DNA of 63,999 bases, counting the filler, from Asterionella formosa (Eukaryota): NCBI GenBank assembly GCA_002256025.1. It is 8 parts of 8 records of this genome, joined end to end, with 100 filler letters (N's around TTAATTAATTAA, not from the genome) between each part and the next. Parts side by side here need not be neighbours in the genome. Positions count along the whole stretch, not along the records: positions 62,366 to 63,999 come from NKIB01001671.1; 7 more parts are not named here. One strand, written 5' to 3'. Numbering within the stretch: the first letter of the stretch is position 1; every line of letters begins with the position of its first letter. Positions 62,556-63,999 of this stretch are shown in pieces. The position numbers and the translations under genes were made by a program. The notes beneath the pieces are model-generated. The model was not told the origin of the DNA, made no database searches, and saw only the letters and a list, made by a program, of their open reading frames with translations.

Positions 62556-63999
62556 GTGGCAAATACTACCGGTATTGAACAAAGTAGCAAGTACCAAAAT
62601 GAGTTCACAAAGAAAAAGCGAATAGGCGATTATCTAGAGGAACCCAATCGGCAACAGGGAGTTAGTGGGGGTACTACCCCATCGTCGATGGGGACACCAT
62701 CAGCTACCAGCACAAAGGATCCCGTAATTGATACTGAAAGCAATGATGACGTTTCTTTTTCAGTTGTTGATACAAGAAAAATGGCTCCTGTTGATGATAC
62801 CATTAATAACTCCCGGATGGAGATGGACAACATGGTACCATATATTAAATTTTCTAGTCGCACGGACCAACAAGTACATGACAAGCTGAGGGGAAAACAT
62901 TTTGCACTTGCCAAAGGATATTATCAATTGGTCAATGAACTCAATCACTACAAAGGTCATAATTCGGTTCAAAACTCGCTTGTCCATACGAGGTTATCAA
63001 GAATCTTCAATTTCAACAGCCTTATCAGAACGTCGTTCCCGCTTAGCTAAAGTTGAACCGATCCATCAATTGTCACAAAGGTTGTGAGTTTTATTTTCAA
63101 GACCAAGAAGTTTTGCTGTGAACATGTAAGTTTGAGGTTATAGTTCGTGAATTGCAGGTACTGTAAAACAGAATATCAATCTAATGTGCTTTTTTCTGGT
63201 CCAAAAGAGACTCAAACATACCGCCCTATCTGGTCCAGGTAGTAGTATGAAAGAAATTTCTAATCACAAACAGGATTGGTTTTCCCAATGTTGCCTAACT
63301 CGGCTATACATTGTGAAACCGGAGTTAGGCAAAGAATTGGAGAGTGACCCAGAGCATACCGATTTCATATGGAATGGTTCTGATGCACTACTTCCAATGA
63401 ATCAGACCATTGAATGTACCAACAAGGCACGTTTAAATTATATTAAATCAACATTTGGTGGCATGTGCATTAAAAAGTTGAGCGAGAGAATGTCAGAATC
63501 ATATTGAATAATCAATTTAAAGGATTCTTCGGTAAGTTCTTGCAGGGAGATGCTCTGCTGAAAGCATGATTTTTTGAGTCGGTGATTATATTCTTATCAA
63601 ATATGTTTCAATTCAAAATTTCTAAACTAATTCATGACACTCCAACTGGTCTAACAGAATAAAACTTCCAGACTATGGATATCGATGACTTTACCAAGTC
63701 TTGCGTGATGTTCTTGCTTCAGTGTAGTATTTTTTTTAGGCAGGACAAGCCGTGGAGAACCATTTCTATCAGGAGACCAATCCGGTGTGACCAAATTTTA
63801 ACTCAGTCTTCGGGCGCAGTGTGAATTGCAATCACGCTTTGTTGGTTCGCTGATCAATGCCAGTACAGAAGCATTTTTCTTCTTGGTGCTGAAAGGAAAA
63901 TTCCGATTGAAACAAAAATATTTGGATTTCAATCCACATACCGATGAAACTTCAGAGAACGATATTCGTCATTCTACTGATTTTGTCGACATTGGTGGG
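62556..63999 (+). pseudogene. Decayed ORF of the unknown multicopy family shared with 53659..54680
   Basis: Broken ORFs 62556..63050 and 63184..63507 lead into sequence homologous to the 53659 contig. No recognisable domain. Confidence 0.45.

Overview
Eukaryotic nuclear DNA, most likely from a diatom or related ochrophyte. Evidence: short GT-AG introns, a signal peptide + AF-type bipartite plastid presequence, a diatom-type cyclin and CoDi-like Copia remnants. The window is not one locus. It is eight contigs joined by artificial N44-TTAATTAATTAA-N44 spacers, with lengths >=26736, 26722, 1643, 1641, 1641, 1641, 1641 and >=1634 bp. The two large contigs carry about 13 host genes: cystathionine gamma-synthase, a type I membrane protein, a PI 4-kinase with an N-terminal multi-TM extension, a doubtful small membrane protein, a plastid-targeted FLVCR-like MFS transporter, a processive GT2 glycosyltransferase, an SDR, molybdopterin synthase catalytic subunit, a cyclin, an R2R3 Myb, a mu-homology-domain protein, exocyst Sec6 and NAP1. 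These are interspersed with decayed pogo, PIF/Harbinger, hAT and Copia elements. The small contigs are repeat debris (foldback, hairpins, LINE fragment, an unknown multicopy family). The most striking unexplained pattern is dense arrays of TAC-N(1-3)-GTA palindromes (TACCGGTA, TACCTGGTA, TACCAGGTA). They sit upstream of almost every gene 5' end, are essentially absent from convergent 3' gaps, and coincide with transposon termini. All family assignments come from motif recognition by eye, with no database searches.
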